Positions 20,136-33,300 of a DNA stretch of 64,000 nucleotides are shown one piece after another. Position numbers and translations under genes: made by a program. Source of the DNA: Marsupella aquatica. Lineage: Eukaryota; Plantae; Marchantiophyta. The notes beneath the pieces are model-generated. The model was not told where the DNA came from, ran no database searches, and saw only the letters and a program-made list of their open reading frames with translations. Numbering within the stretch: position 1 is the first letter of the stretch; each line of letters opens with the position of its first letter. The stretch lies in contig OZ316894.1 of the NCBI GenBank assembly GCA_973895155.1, positions 5,108,944-5,172,943 of the forward strand, written 5' to 3'.

Positions 20136-23100
20136 CTACAAATGCAAAACCTGCAAAGTAGCACGGTGTCTTGAGAAACTCTCCAAAGGAATCACTTTGG
20201 TAAAGGCATCAGCGGGATTGAGCTTTCCATCAATCTTGACTAGCTCAAAAGTTTTATCAGACACTGCTTGCCTGATAAAATGGTACCTGATATCAATGTG
20301 CTTCACCCTACTATCCATCACCTGGTTAGCAGCCAAGTGAAGAGCACTCTGACTATCACAGTTTAGAGTCATTTTTCCATGCTCTAAACCCATCTCCGCG
20401 ATCAACTTATCCAACCAAATTGCTTCCTTTGCTGCTTCTGCTGCTGCAACATACTCTGCTTCTGTAGTAGACTGAGATATGCACTTCTGCAAGGTAGATT
20501 TCCAACTGATACATCCTCCTCCAAGAGTGTATACAAACCCAGTTGTAGACCTCCTTGTATCCAGACAGCCTCCATAGTCAGAATCTACATAGCCAACTAA
20601 CGTTCTATCTGATCTATTATCAAATAATAATCCATAGTCCTGTGTACCCTTTAGATACCTGAGAATCCACTTCACAGCTTCCCAATGTACCTTCCCTGGA
20701 TTTGACATGAATCTGCTAACCTTGCCCATCGCTAGGGCCAAGTCAGGCCTAGTACAAGTCATCAAATACATCAGACTGCCTACTGCCTTCTCATAAGGAA
20801 TCTTAGCCATCAGACCTTTCTCCACAGCATCCGTAGGAGAGAAAGCCGATGATAACTTGAAATGTGAAGCTAAAGGAATACTCACTGGCTTACAGTTCTC
20901 CATGTTGAATCGTGCAAGTACTTTCCTCGCATACTGGCCTTGACTCAAGCACAACTGTCCAGTCTCAGAGTTCCTAAAAATCTCCATCCCTAAGATCCTC
21001 TTTGCCTTACCAAGATCCTTCATCCTGAATTCAGCACTCAATTTTGCCTTGAGATTGTCAACCTCAGATTGATCTTTAGCCACAATCAGCATGTCATCCA
21101 CATAGATCACTAGAATGATGAAACCAAACACATCATTCTTGACTGATTTCGTATACACACAAGGATCATACACCATCCTTGTAAAACCTTGAGCAAGCAT
21201 GAAATCATCAAACCGCTTGTTCCACTGTCTGGGAGACTGCTTCAATCCATACAAGGACTTGAGCAATCTGCAAACTAAGTTCTCTTGGCCCTTCTTCATA
21301 AAGCCTAGTGGCTGTCTCATGAAGATCATCTCTTCCAAGTTGCCATAGAGAAAAGCAGTAACAACATCCATTTGATCCATCACCAGACCAAAAAACACAA
21401 CAAGCTGACACAAGATCCGAATTGTGGAATACTTAGCCACCGGTGAAAAGACCTCATTGTAGTCCACTCCTTTCTCCTGAGTGAACCCCTTGGCAACAAG
21501 CCTTGCCTTGTAGATCTTATCTCCACCCTCTGAAGGACTGTCCTTCAACTTGTAAATCCACTTGCTGTCCACCACTTGCTGACCTCTTGGAAGCTCCACC
21601 AGCTCCCATGTCTTGTTGTCACTCAAAGATTGCAACTCCCTCTGCATTGTTGCATTCCACTCATGCTTCTGCTCTGAAGCACAAGCCTCACTGTACGAAG
21701 AAGGCTCCCCTTCTTCCAAGATCAAAGCCATATCATCATCATCAGGTGCAATGTCAATGTCATCTAGCTTAGATGAGTCTGCCCATTGACCATACCTGGT
21801 AGGAGCTCTAGTAGAACGACTGGAAGTTCTTCTAGTAGATGACTCAAGCTGATCTGCTGCTCCTGCTGGTTGAATTTGAGGTACCCCAGCAACAATCTGC
21901 TCCTCTTGTTCCATCACAGGAACCAACTCCAAGCCCGGAGCTTCTCCATCTCTCCTATCATGAACTGCATCATGACTAATCTCCCCCTCAACCCGGTCCG
22001 GGATGGGAGATTTCCCCTTGTCAGTATGGGAGTCCTGAGAACTCTCCCCCTCCTTTGATGATCTGGACTCATTAAAGGACACATCTCTACTGACAATTAA
22101 CTTACAGGTTACTGGATCCCATAACCTATAACCCTTCACACCTTTCTGATAGCCAAGGAAAATGCACTTCTTCGACTTGGACTCCAGCTTGGATCGAAGC
22201 TGGGAAGGTGTAAGCACATAAGCATCACATCCAAAAATCCTCAGATGTGAGTAATCTGCTGGACGCTCGTACCTCATTTCAAATGGCGTCTTGAATCCAA
22301 TAGAACTGGATGGAGAAAAATTTACCAAATAAGCTGTAGTGTTGACAGCTTCAGCCCAAAACTCATGTGGTAAGCATGATTGACTCAACATACTCCTCGA
22401 GCGGTCCAATAGTGTTCTGTTGAGTCTCTCAGAAACACCATTCTGCTGAGGAGTATAACTTGTTGTGAGATGGCGGGTAATCCCCTGCTCCTTACAATAC
22501 ATTCCAAATTCCCTGGAACTGTATTCACCGCCGTTATCCGATCGAAGATATCTCACCTTGTTACCAGTCTGATTCTCAACTTAGGCTTTCCACTCCTTAA
22601 AAGTGGCAAAAACATCAGACTTACTGTGTAGAAAGTATATCCACACATACCTTGAGTAATCGTCTATGAACGTGACATAGTATAACCGTCCAGAATGTGA
22701 GGGAGTAGGGGCTGGACCCCACACATCACTATGTACATACTCAAGTACCTCCTTGCTGGTGTGAGTTCCAACTCTGAAGGGTTTCCTGTGCTGCTTCCCA
22801 AGCACACAATGCTCACAAAATTCCAACTTACAAGATTGCAAATTAGAAAGTAATCCTTTCTTCTGAAGAATAACCAAACCTTTTTCACTCATGTGGCCCA
22901 AACGGAAGTGCCACAGCCAGGCCGTCTCCTCATGAGATAAGGTTACATTGGCTTCATCACAAACTACACTGCCCTCCAAAATGTATAGATTGCTATGTCT
23001 CTTTCCCTTCAATACAACTTTAGTACCAGTTGAAATCTGAAGGACACCATTAGCAGAACTCCACTGATGGCCATTTGCCTCTAAAACTCCAAGTGAAATG

Positions 23101-24359
23101 AGATTTTTCATCATGCTGGGAATATGTCTCACATTCCTCAACGTTCTCACAACATCATCAAACATCTGAAATCTTACAGATCCAAGTCCAACAACTTGAC
23201 ATGGGATTCCATTTCCCATCAACACTGACCCGTTGGAAACCGTGTAAGAACTGAAAAAATCTCTCCTAGAGCAAATGTGAAAAGTACATGCACTATCTAG
23301 AATCCAGTCATCACTTCCTGGATTTGACACTACGTTGAGAGCATAACCTTGGCATCACAATATGTCATCATCATCGAGTAAATCTACCTCATGCGAGCTC
23401 GATGCCGCGTTAGCAGATGCAGTAGGGACCTTTACTCGACAATCCCTTTTCATGTGGCCAGGCTTGCCACAATTCCAACATGCAAGAGGCTTCCTCTCTT
23501 GCGATTTCCCTCTGGATTTAGATCTCCCCCGTGATGTAGATCTAAACCTGTTTTGTCCATTCGTGCGCTGTGTTGCTCTCCCACGGTTCACATTCAACGC
23601 AGTGCCAGAAGAAGATGCTGTCTGTGATTGACCCAGCTTCTTCTGAGCATCATCAGACAGCAAGGAGCTCACCACCTCATTATACGAAATGGACTTTAGA
23701 TCTCTATACAAGAGCACCTGTTTCAAGCCCTGATATGATGGCGGTAAGGAGCTTAGCAGAAGCAAGGCCTTATCCTCATCTTCAACTCCTTTTCCCAGGT
23801 TTGACAAATCCACCGCTAGACTGTCAAACTTATCCAGGTGATCCTGCATCTTGCTCCCTTCCTTGAGCCTGAGGCTCATTAAGAGAGACTTCTTGTACAG
23901 CCGGTCTGACGCATCTTCCCGGTAGTACTTCTCTCTAAGAGCCTTGAACAGTGACGCGCAATCCGCATAATCATCCAGCTGCTTGATGATGTGCGGCTTG
24001 AGATATAGCATCACTGCATTGACAGCAATAACCTGCTCCTGTCTCCACTGCCTCACTGAAATCTCCTCCTCTCCATCATACTGCTCTCGTGATGAAAGTA
24101 GATGAGCTAAGCCCATGGCTCGTAGAACACCCTTCACTTGCTTCTCCCATAGCAAGTAATCAGTACGACCATCGTACTTCTCCACCTCAAACTTCACTCC
24201 TCCAAATCTAGCCATCTCCCTCTTCTTTCCCACTACCGATAGCTCTGGTAGTAACACAGCTTCCTCCACTGCACGCCGCACCGGTGATCGTACCGGTGTC
24301 ACTTGTTCCTCCTCAAACGGTAGCAGCTCCTCCTCAGACTCTCCGCCTGAACGTCGCAA
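20136..24359 (-). pseudogene. gag-pol: Copia gag-pol polyprotein with two in-frame stops (23355-23357 TGA, 22581-22583 TAA)
   Basis: Gag KFEVEKYDG and LLSSLPPSY, zinc knuckle CWNCGKPGHMKRDC, protease WILDSAC, integrase WHFRLGH..CEHC..HSDVWG..SDNGGEY, GYRLWD, RT YKARLVAKG..YVDD, RNase H DSDY..TTEAEY..KHIDIRYHF. All three ORFs share one frame. Confidence 0.93.
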
Positions 24360-24906
24360 TCCTGAAGCTCCACTGACAAATTTTGCTGCTTACCAGCACG
24401 AGAATTGAGCCAGAGATAAATGTGGAATTCTGTAGATCAATTGAACCACTCCTGCCCCATGAGCAGGTACTCGCATTTGAAAAGTTAAACATTGGAGAGT
24501 GACCAAAATTGTCACAACCTGACCTCTTGCCCAGGCATTACCAAAGCACCTAATGCTAATGCCAGTTGCTTTGGATCCAGAGTGCGCTGGTGAAGGGAGA
24601 GGGGATGGGAGACTCCACCATCCACTTGGGCATTCACTCGTTGCGGAGATTGTACTTTATTCTATTTCAGCATCATCTGCGTTAGCTCGTCTATCGCTGC
24701 ATGAAATTGCGAACATGCAATTCAGGACCTAGGAGTTTGGAAAAGAAGAGACAACTCAAAATGATCTTCACTATCAACTATGTATTGGTACTGTGATTGC
24801 CGTCATAGCCACTTTCAGTAGAAATGTGCAAGCATTTAGAGTGATAAGATAAGGGCAGTGTTGTACGTCGTGGCACAAAGTAGGCGACCATTGATTGACC
24901 ATAAAC

Positions 24907-27900
24907 TTAGACTGCCACAAATGGACTCAATCTGGGGTGAAAGGAAGACCCTCTCCATTTGTATCTCATCTGAGCACTGGTGGCTACGGAAATTGGGAAA
25001 CATGTCCACCTATCCTCGTCAACGTTGTATGCAAGGACTCGACTGCCAGAGTCCACCCTAAAAAAATGTAATTACTATCTCCGACAGGTTGACCAAATAT
25101 ATTGCCCACTTTCAGATCAGCGGGAGGGCCCCGAGCCAACTGCACCCAATCGTAGAGCATTTAGATCTCAGCACCTGTAGAGTGTTGGGATACAACCCCT
25201 TCGTAAGCAACATCAGCCAGTTTGACTTGCAAACCATCACGTTGACGCAGACATTCTTTAGTACGTCGTCACATTACAACCTCAGTTCCTCAGAAGTCCC
25301 TTCCTCTATGCTGATAACCAGGACATTGTGTGGGTTATTGACTGCCACCATGTAGAGAACTCCATTGAGATTCGTGGCAGTGGAAGGTCTCACAGAAAGT
25401 CGAGCCTCCAGGGAGAATTACACGCCCTGCTGTTGACCTTCAAGGACAACAAGACGGGGAAGGTAGACAATTTTCATGATTTACAAGTTCAACAGCCACA
25501 AACTCAAGTGACAGTTGTCACAACTACAGGAAAACCACTATTGGAGGTTTCAGTCGATGCCACAAAATTGAAAACCCAATTTCATGATTTACAAGTTCAA
25601 CGGCCACAAACTCAAATGACAGTTGCCACAACTACAGGAGAACCACTATTGGAGGTTTCAGTCCATGCCACAATTACAGGAGAACCACTATTGGAGGAAA
25701 CAGGGGACCCACAATTCACAACACAAACCACAGGAACACCAACAGAAGAAATAGAGGGAGTTGATCTTGCAATTGGCCCACAGTCGGAAGTTTCTTTCGA
25801 TTCCACAGCTACAAGAGAACCACTATCGGAGGAAACATGAGACCCGCACCTCACAACACAAACCACAGGGACACCAAGAGAAGAAACAGAGGAAGTTGAT
25901 ACTTCTATAAGTCTTAGAAGAATTCCTTTCCAGATTTGTAACGACTTAGTTAATTTTCGTCGGAAATGTGCATACAATCTTGTCGATGACTTGTAATAAC
26001 TTTGTTAATTTTCGTTGGACATGTGCAAAAATCCTTTGAAACGTCCTGCAAAAATGTTCAAGGCAAAAGAGTTCATTTCAGTGTTGCTGATTTGGCATGC
26101 CACGATTAGAATCCAGGCAAAAGAGTTCATTTTGGTGTTAATGATTTGGCATGCCATGATTAGACTCCACTCTCATTTCCGGTGTGTCACAAATTCAAGT
26201 GCTTCCTGACTTATTTTTTTTGTTCCGAGTCCCTTGCTTTCTTGTTCTTGTTGTTCTTTTGTTGTTGTTGTTGTTGTTGTTGCTGCTGGTACTTGCGCTG
26301 GACGTGCTCTTCATAAGATAATTATTACATCCGAGAGGGAATATTTTATGCCAGTTTACTCTCTGTACAGCGGATAGTCTTTACAAATCCCTTTGAAACG
26401 TCCTGCACAAAAAGTACAAAGGCAAAAGAGTTCATTTCAGTGTTGTTGGACCATCGATGGGTCGTGCTATCGATGGTCTCCTTATCGATGTTCGGGCATC
26501 ATTGATGTGTGCGGATTCGATTCCACTCTCATTTCTGGTGTGTCCCAGGTTCAAGTGCTTCCTGTGTTACCTTTTTTGTTCTGCGTCCCTTGTTTTTCAC
26601 TTCTTCTGCTACTCTGTTTACAAATCCTTTTGAAGCGTCTTGCAAAAAGTACAAGGTAAAAGAGTTAATTTCAAACAATTGCCTCAAATCAACTAACACC
26701 TACTGTAACCCTCACTCTCCTGAAAAGACCGTTTGTTTCTGCCTCACTTTCTTCGTGACTTATTTTGTTTGTTCTATGTCTCTTTTCCCCCCCTTCCTCT
26801 TCTTTTTCCTCTGTTGCTGCAGTTGCTTGAGCTAGTCGTTCAAGTGCTTCCTGACTTGCTTTCTTGGGTTTCCTTCCCTGTTTTTTTCCCTTCTGCTGCT
26901 GGTGCTGTTGCTGTTGCTGTTGCTGGGAGTTGATTTGGTTGGATAGGTGCGAGAACTGCTCTCAGGTCCTTCTCTTTGAATTGGTACGTTCAAGTGCTTC
27001 CTGACTTGCTTTCTTGGGTTTCCTTCCCTGCTTTCTCCCTTCTGCTTTTACTGCTGCTGCTGGTGCTGTGTGTTGATATGGTTGGATATGCTCGGTGTTG
27101 ATATGGTTGTTGGGTGTCGATCCAACTCTATGACATCGGCTGAAACCTCTGATAGTGATCCTGTAGTTGGAGACCCAATTTCATGAATTACAGTGATCAT
27201 AGTGGTCCTCCTGTAGCTGTGACAACTGTCACTTGAGTTTGTGACTATTGAACTTGTAAATCATGAAATTGGGTCTCCAACTCAAGCATTGAACGGGGCA
27301 CCTTGTGCTTCCGTTGGCGCAATTCCTGGACTTCCGACAGTTGGATGGCCGACAAAAGCACCTGCTAGACCATAGCGACCTTAACATCAACCACAACGAC
27401 CTTAACATATGATAGCAAAGTTGAAATTTCCTACAAAGCAGTTTCACTTTGACAAAGAAGTGCAAGGTACCTTCTCAATTGCCTGCCTTTTCGTCTTGTT
27501 GTCCTTGAAGGTCAACAGCAGGGCATGTAATTCTCCCTGGAGGTTTCTGACTTGGAGTTGTAGATCTGCGCAAAATAGCCACTCCCACCATAGGAGAGGA
27601 GGATCATCTTGTATGTCTTCGTAGATGGGTCTATCACCAGATTGTTGCAGCTGACATAACTAGTCCTCAGCGGACAAGCAGGCAATAGCTTCCAGGTCCG
27701 GGTCAAAACGTTGGCCACATACAGATTATGCATCTCAGTCCCCGTTTTTGACCAAGGAAACCCATACAACAGAGTTCCTTCCATTCGCCAATATGACCTG
27801 GACAAGAACTGATTCCGGCTCCCCAGGAACAAATTGTCAGGCAAGAAAGAAAGTGAGGGCAGTTTTGCCCAATTTTAAGATGCCATGTCATAAGCAAGGG

Positions 27901-28164
27901 CATTCTCCTTGCCAATGAGGATAGGGGAGAAGCTCTCCCAACTGCTGGACCACTTACCCACCTGATTCTGAAATGATGCAGCTAGGGACTTCTGGGCTTC
28001 GTCAGATAGCGATGAAATGGGCGAGAATCTGGCCAGCCATGATTTCGAGAGGCCCCAAGCTTTGAATATGTACGGGAAAGGCACCATTGCAACCATCCTT
28101 TCTACTAAAATAAATCCTCTGGTAAGATCTGACTCACCTCCCCCAAGTTCTCTCCCACCACCAT
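24907..28164 (-). pseudogene. F-box protein pseudogene, copy 1, interrupted by an inverted-repeat element
   Basis: F-box-like LVERMVAMVPFPYIFKAWGLSKSW, YVANVLTRTWKLLP and C-terminal SFHPRLSPFVAV*. Frameshifts, plus an insert at 25405-27543. Confidence 0.8.
25405..27543. mobile_element. Foldback/TIR-type non-autonomous element (2.14 kb)
   Basis: About 67-bp inverted termini CCTCCAGGGAGAATTACAYGCCCTGCTGTTGACCTTCAAGGACAACAAGACG at 25405 and 27543. Additional inverted arms at 25472-25531 and about 27208-27270. Absent from the paralogous site near 59110-59145. Confidence 0.75.
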
Positions 28165-29146
28165 TTCTGTTGTTGTGGTGCAACTGCTCACGGTTGTGTT
28201 CTTTCTAGAAGACGCAAGTATCTCAGAACATCTGTGATCCAATCCTCTCCGTGCATTGCTCACTGTTGTGTTCATTCTGGAAGCCTCAAGCATTTCAGAA
28301 CATCTAGCTGTAATCCAATCCTCTCCCTCCGAGGTCGGATATCCATACCAATTAAGATTGAAAACCTTTAGGAATCAACCAGGGAGTCAGGCCAGCCACA
28401 ACACTAACCCACAAAACAAATGTATTTGAGATTTGTTTCTATAAAGCCACAACACTAACCCACAAAACAAATGTATTTGAGATTTGTTTCTCTAAAATTC
28501 ATTCACTCCAAGTTCTACAATCAGTTGGATGCTCCTCCACAGCTCGGCGTGGAAACCAGAAATGTAAGTGGCTGGGAGACAACGCAAAACTCGTATACTA
28601 GACTGAAAGGGAACCATGTAAGGGCCGCGGTGGGGCCTAATTCAAAGATCAATTGCATGATGGGACCTCAAATCCATTTAGTACATGACAGCCAAAGCTT
28701 TGAGAAGAGGTGAATGCACATTGCTCCTCCCTGGGAAGGTCTTTGCGAAACATGGTCATTGGAAGAGACTGGTGCGCTAACAACTTCATCACATGCAACA
28801 GTCTGACCCGTGAACAAAAACTTTCAGTTCAAGCAAAGACAAAAAACTTTCAGTTCAAGTAAAGACGAAGCTTTGGACAGATTATGGAATACCTGATTGG
28901 TGCCTACTTTGATACTCCTAGATGATGATCAATCATCAATCCCGCCATGGCATAGTGAACTTGACCGTGATTAAGCCCTGCGTTCTCCCTACATATCGTC
29001 AGACCTGACCATTGAGAAATTGAGGAGACAAAGATGGATCACTGTCGGACGAGAGGAAGCATTGAGGCACTGTTGTCACTGTAGATGTTCAGGTAAGGGC
29101 GCAGCGAGAGCCGACAGAAGACCTCTAGAGCACAAAAGTGTGGACC

Positions 29147-29484
29147 GGGGTATTACAAACGACAGGAAACAGCAAACAGTAACAGGAAACAGATACTGGT
29201 AACAGGAAAATGAGTGGTAATTTTTTTTAATTTTTTTTTGGAATTTTTTTTTTTTTTTTCCAATTTTTTAATTTTTTTTGCTAGCGCTCAACGCTGGTAA
29301 TGCTAGCGCCCAAAGCTAGCCAAAAAATGTTGTAATATTTTATTTTTTGGAAAATGTAACTTTTTAGAAAATATTTTCACATGGTTACTTTTCTTGGTAA
29401 CAGTAACTTTTTGCTGGTAATAGGAAAATTTTTGCTGGTACCAGTAAACCTATTTCCTGTTTACTTTCACGCATGCCATACCCG
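29147..29484. mobile_element. Small MITE-like insertion (about 340 bp)
   Basis: Absent at the paralogous site near 60949. GGGTAT...ATACCC termini, imperfect duplication GTGGACC/GTGAACC, internal CTGGTAACAGGAAA-like repeats and T tracts. Confidence 0.7.
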
Positions 29485-29491
29485 GTGAACC

Positions 29492-30390
29492 TCTGATATT
29501 CTCATCAACCATTTGTTTTAACACCTCAGCGTACCTCATTGGCGCTCGCCGAGCACATCGACGTATATTATTGAAGATTCTGATTGGTCCACTGCTAAAA
29601 ATATTCGGGAATTCTGTAAACTCCATTGTTGAGGAGTATCTGAAGAAAAGGCATTGCCGACTTTCCACTTTGGTGAGCACCCCTAAAAATTTCTTCCAGT
29701 CTCCAGGAGAGCTCCACGGTGGGGACCTCTTTCGCCCTTGTTTGGGACCAGCTCTCAACTTTTCACTTAATTTTCTTTCGTGCTTATTTTCAACGCGGTG
29801 AGGTAGACTCAGGAATTGAGGGATGTCGAAGATCGTATCACGTGAAGAACCTTGGGCGTCCAGCCAACGAAGGTGTAGTGCCTGTTGTTCAACAAGTACA
29901 TGGAACTAGATCCTGCCCAGGCTTCTCCTGCCAATGGGCTTGACATATGCATGGCGTCAGCCCTTCCAAAAGCACGCCAATATTGAGTTGCTTCAAATTC
30001 ACCGAGCGTGTTCATACCGCCATAGCCTGCAGGCATCCATGTGGCATTGCACATAGTCAATTGAATCTTTGCGCTAGCCACTCTATCGGACGCTGAGATC
30101 TTAATTTCTGTTCCGATCGTTCAATTGGCTCACAGGTGAAACCATCTCGATCATTTTGTCGCAGCTGGGCTGAAGAACAAAAGAGACAGCGCTACCATTA
30201 TCAAATTTCACGACGGGTTTCTCACTCCATCTAAGTTGTAAGTAAGCTTCAGGGAGTATCCAATCTACTCTTTGAATCAATAGCTCCGATCCGTCTGCTG
30301 GCAATGACTGAGAATCTACTTGGCTCGCCCTTGCTCGAGCTGTGGACAAGCAATGAAGAGCTAGCTCATTCACGAACTCACTTCGACATG
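29492..30390 (-). pseudogene. Degenerate coding-like region of unknown family (paralog at about 60950-61910)
   Basis: Adjacent minus-strand ORF fragments conserved in two units, with frame breaks and no recognisable domain. Confidence 0.3.
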
Positions 30391-33300
30391 ATCCCAGACA
30401 GATGTGCCAGGGGATTGTGGGCAGCTGTGGCAGGGAGGGTCTTGGGTTTTCTCAGGGTTGGTGGTGACTTTCTGGTCAAATTCATGGAGGCCTCTATTCT
30501 CATGGTGGTTGTTAGTAGCCTACCTAGCCTGTGTTGTTCTCATGGTGGTTGTTAGTAACGCACCTAGCCCGTGTTGTCAATAGTAACTGATGTTGAGAAT
30601 AAGTGCTCTTGGGTCGAAGTGAGATGGCCAGGCAATTGCATATTGAGGGGAGTCGGTGAGTCAGTTTGGCAAGTGGACTTCAATTAGTGTACAAGTTGGG
30701 GGGAAAGTGATGGGTTGGACATGGAAAAGGTGCACCCTACAGTGACCCATGAAGTTACCTCTCATAGTTAGGAAAAAAGATGTCCCACGAAGGTACTTCT
30801 CATGGTTAGGAAAAGATGTCAAAGTAACGCAACCTCACCTTAATCCAACTGCCAAGGAGTCTTCCCACCAGATGACATTTTGTAAAGCACACTATGAGAA
30901 AGAAATAGTAGGATTGCACATTATAGTGTTTAGAAAGATACAATTTCATATACTCTGAGTCCCTTTAATTTTCAGGCACTCTCTCATGAGTTCCCTATCA
31001 GTCAAATTATCACTCACTCCCATCAGCTGTCTTGCTCGTTTAGAAAACTCTATCAGGCACTCCCCTTAGGCAAATTTCTTCTCAGCTGATCTTGCTGACT
31101 CCTTGTTTTGCTTGGCGGCCTCAATGACTGAACATTTCTAGGGGAAAGAATCATCTTGTCCAAACTTGTTGATTCACTCCTTCAATTCAGCCCCAATGAG
31201 GAGGACGGTTCTTTGCACTGATGGAAATACTGATATCTGATACCCACGAGTGATAACTAATGGGGTTATGACACTCATTGTCATGTTAGTTGGAGTGCTT
31301 GGTCTGGGGAGTAAGGATGAGTGGAAAGATAGCTGAACACCTGAGTCACTAGTATGACCTATTGATCACTCAACCTGGCAATTAAAGATTTGCTCTCGAA
31401 CCAAGCTGTGAAGCTACAAAGTACTCTATACTTAATGTTTTGCGAGTTAAGTTGCAAAAGGTATGCCCTGTTGAGAGGTTTGGAAAATCCTCCCGATTTG
31501 TTGAGAAGAAATGAGCTTCCTCTAATATGTCTTTTCAAGTTAGTAAACCCTTGAAGGAGGCATTGCTATGTGCATGGTTGACCAATTTCAGAGGAGAAGC
31601 AAAGTGAGATCTTACCAGGGTAATTTCTAGGGTGTTTTTGTTGATTTGCCTAGGCAGTGAATGTTACCATGTGTCGAGGAGGAGATGCTACAAAATTCAA
31701 GTGTCCATCCAAGTACCATTGTCAAACATTTTTGTCCATCCCTGCTTCGACTTGCAAACAATGTTCTATTGATCTTTTTTTATTTTTCTTTGCATTGTTT
31801 ACTATCCTATGTATCCCCCACACTAGTGTAAATTACTAATCTGCCCCCAAAACTAAACTAATTATCAGATTGCCCCCATTTGGTGTATGGGTTGGCTTAG
31901 CTCGACTATACTGACCCATGATTACTGGCATACCATTGGGTTGCGCCCCACTTTACGGTTGGAGGGAATTAGTTTGGACAAATTATGAGCCTCAGTCCAC
32001 GTGTTCCCATAAAAACATGTGGCATCTTGGGCTTGTCTAGTCTGGCTAATCCAACTCACATACAAAATGGGGGCAACCTGGTGATTCATTAATTTTCGAG
32101 GCAGGTTAGTGAATTTAACTTGTTTGGGGGTAGGGAAGTAAAAGATGGATTTTTCCTTCTTCTTTTTTTAAATGTGGGGGGAGGGGAAGGGAAACCCTGT
32201 CCAAGACAACAAGCCACAAAACCAGCCAGATGTCTCAGGTTCTATTAAGTTTTTTTCCCCAAATCCCATGAGATTTCTCATTATTTTTCTTGCAGTTTTT
32301 GCATCATTCACATGAGACATTACACTTGGTTTGCAACTTTTGGTAGCCACAAACTCCAAAGGTTTTTTCTTTAAATTCCATTGAGCTTTGAACTCTTGGG
32401 GATATCTATTCTAAAAGACTTATTGTTGCAAATTCCAACAACAAAATCTTCATTTTTTCATTTGAGTTCAAACTACCTACTGTTCCAGGGTCATTCAAGG
32501 GGGCATTCTGTTCAGATAGAAAATCTGGACCCTCAATTTGAGTTTCAACAATAAATTTGAAGCATTTTTCTGTTGTAGGTCAAACTTACCTACCAAATTC
32601 CCATGAACAGGTGGCCTGGGCCTTGTATTAGAATAGTGCATGAGGGGGGAGTTCTACTGAAATCAAAAGCCCTATGGTAGACCTAGCTTCTATTTGCCTT
32701 TTTCAAACAGTAAGTTCTGGCAAGGATCATATAGAGCCCTGTTTGAAACATGGATTAGAACTTTTCTAATGGAGACAAGGCCGTGTTTGTCTCACTCCAT
32801 TGGAGACAAAGATTGCATGTGCAAACATAACAACAAAAATTCAATTCACTTCAAGCCTATCCTCCAACACAAAGTTCAGGTGTTCTATTACAGGATAGCC
32901 TCATGTTTTAAGAGATAACACTTTTTGTCAGACTCCGTATTTCTGTAAATTTTCAAGTCTACAATGGATGATAACTTAAACCTAAAAGTTTCAAATCCTC
33001 ATTTCCATCAATTTTGGGAAAGAGGGACTTAACCAGGTCCCTCGTGCATCCAAATTCGAGGTTTTATATAAATGTTTTGTATAACGGATTGGAGATGCAA
33101 ATCTAGAAAAGCTTGATAACCTATTGGAATTGTTAAATTCCATAGAAAAGGGATCACAAACACATTCAGTTGAATAAATGGTTTTTTGTAAATAGTTTTA
33201 ATTTGAGCAGGTGTTGATTCTAAATCTAGTTTTGTGGATTCTATGCTTAATACACAAGGTCGTAAAACATCAGGCTATCTATTACAGGATAGCCTCACGT

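Larger units (their letters stand above)
19586..24376 (-). mobile_element. Ty1/copia LTR retrotransposon, 5' LTR and PBS deleted
   Basis: Order gag-PR-INT-RT-RH. Starts TGTTG directly after host CCCTGCAGAG (empty site at 43897). PPT AGGGGGAGTT at 19929-19938 on the minus strand. Host sequence resumes near 24377 (compare 45596). Confidence 0.93.
7106..32880. repeat. Segmental tandem unit 1 (HNL + F-box + flanks)
   Basis: Collinear with 32881-51420 and 51421-64000. The landmark TATTAC(A/G)GGATAGCCTCATGTTTTA occurs near 7111, 32886 and 51426. Boundaries are approximate. Confidence 0.8.

Noticed and set aside
25328-25840. 170-aa Thr/Glu-rich ORF
   Set aside because: Spans the insertion junction and derives from internal tandem repeats.
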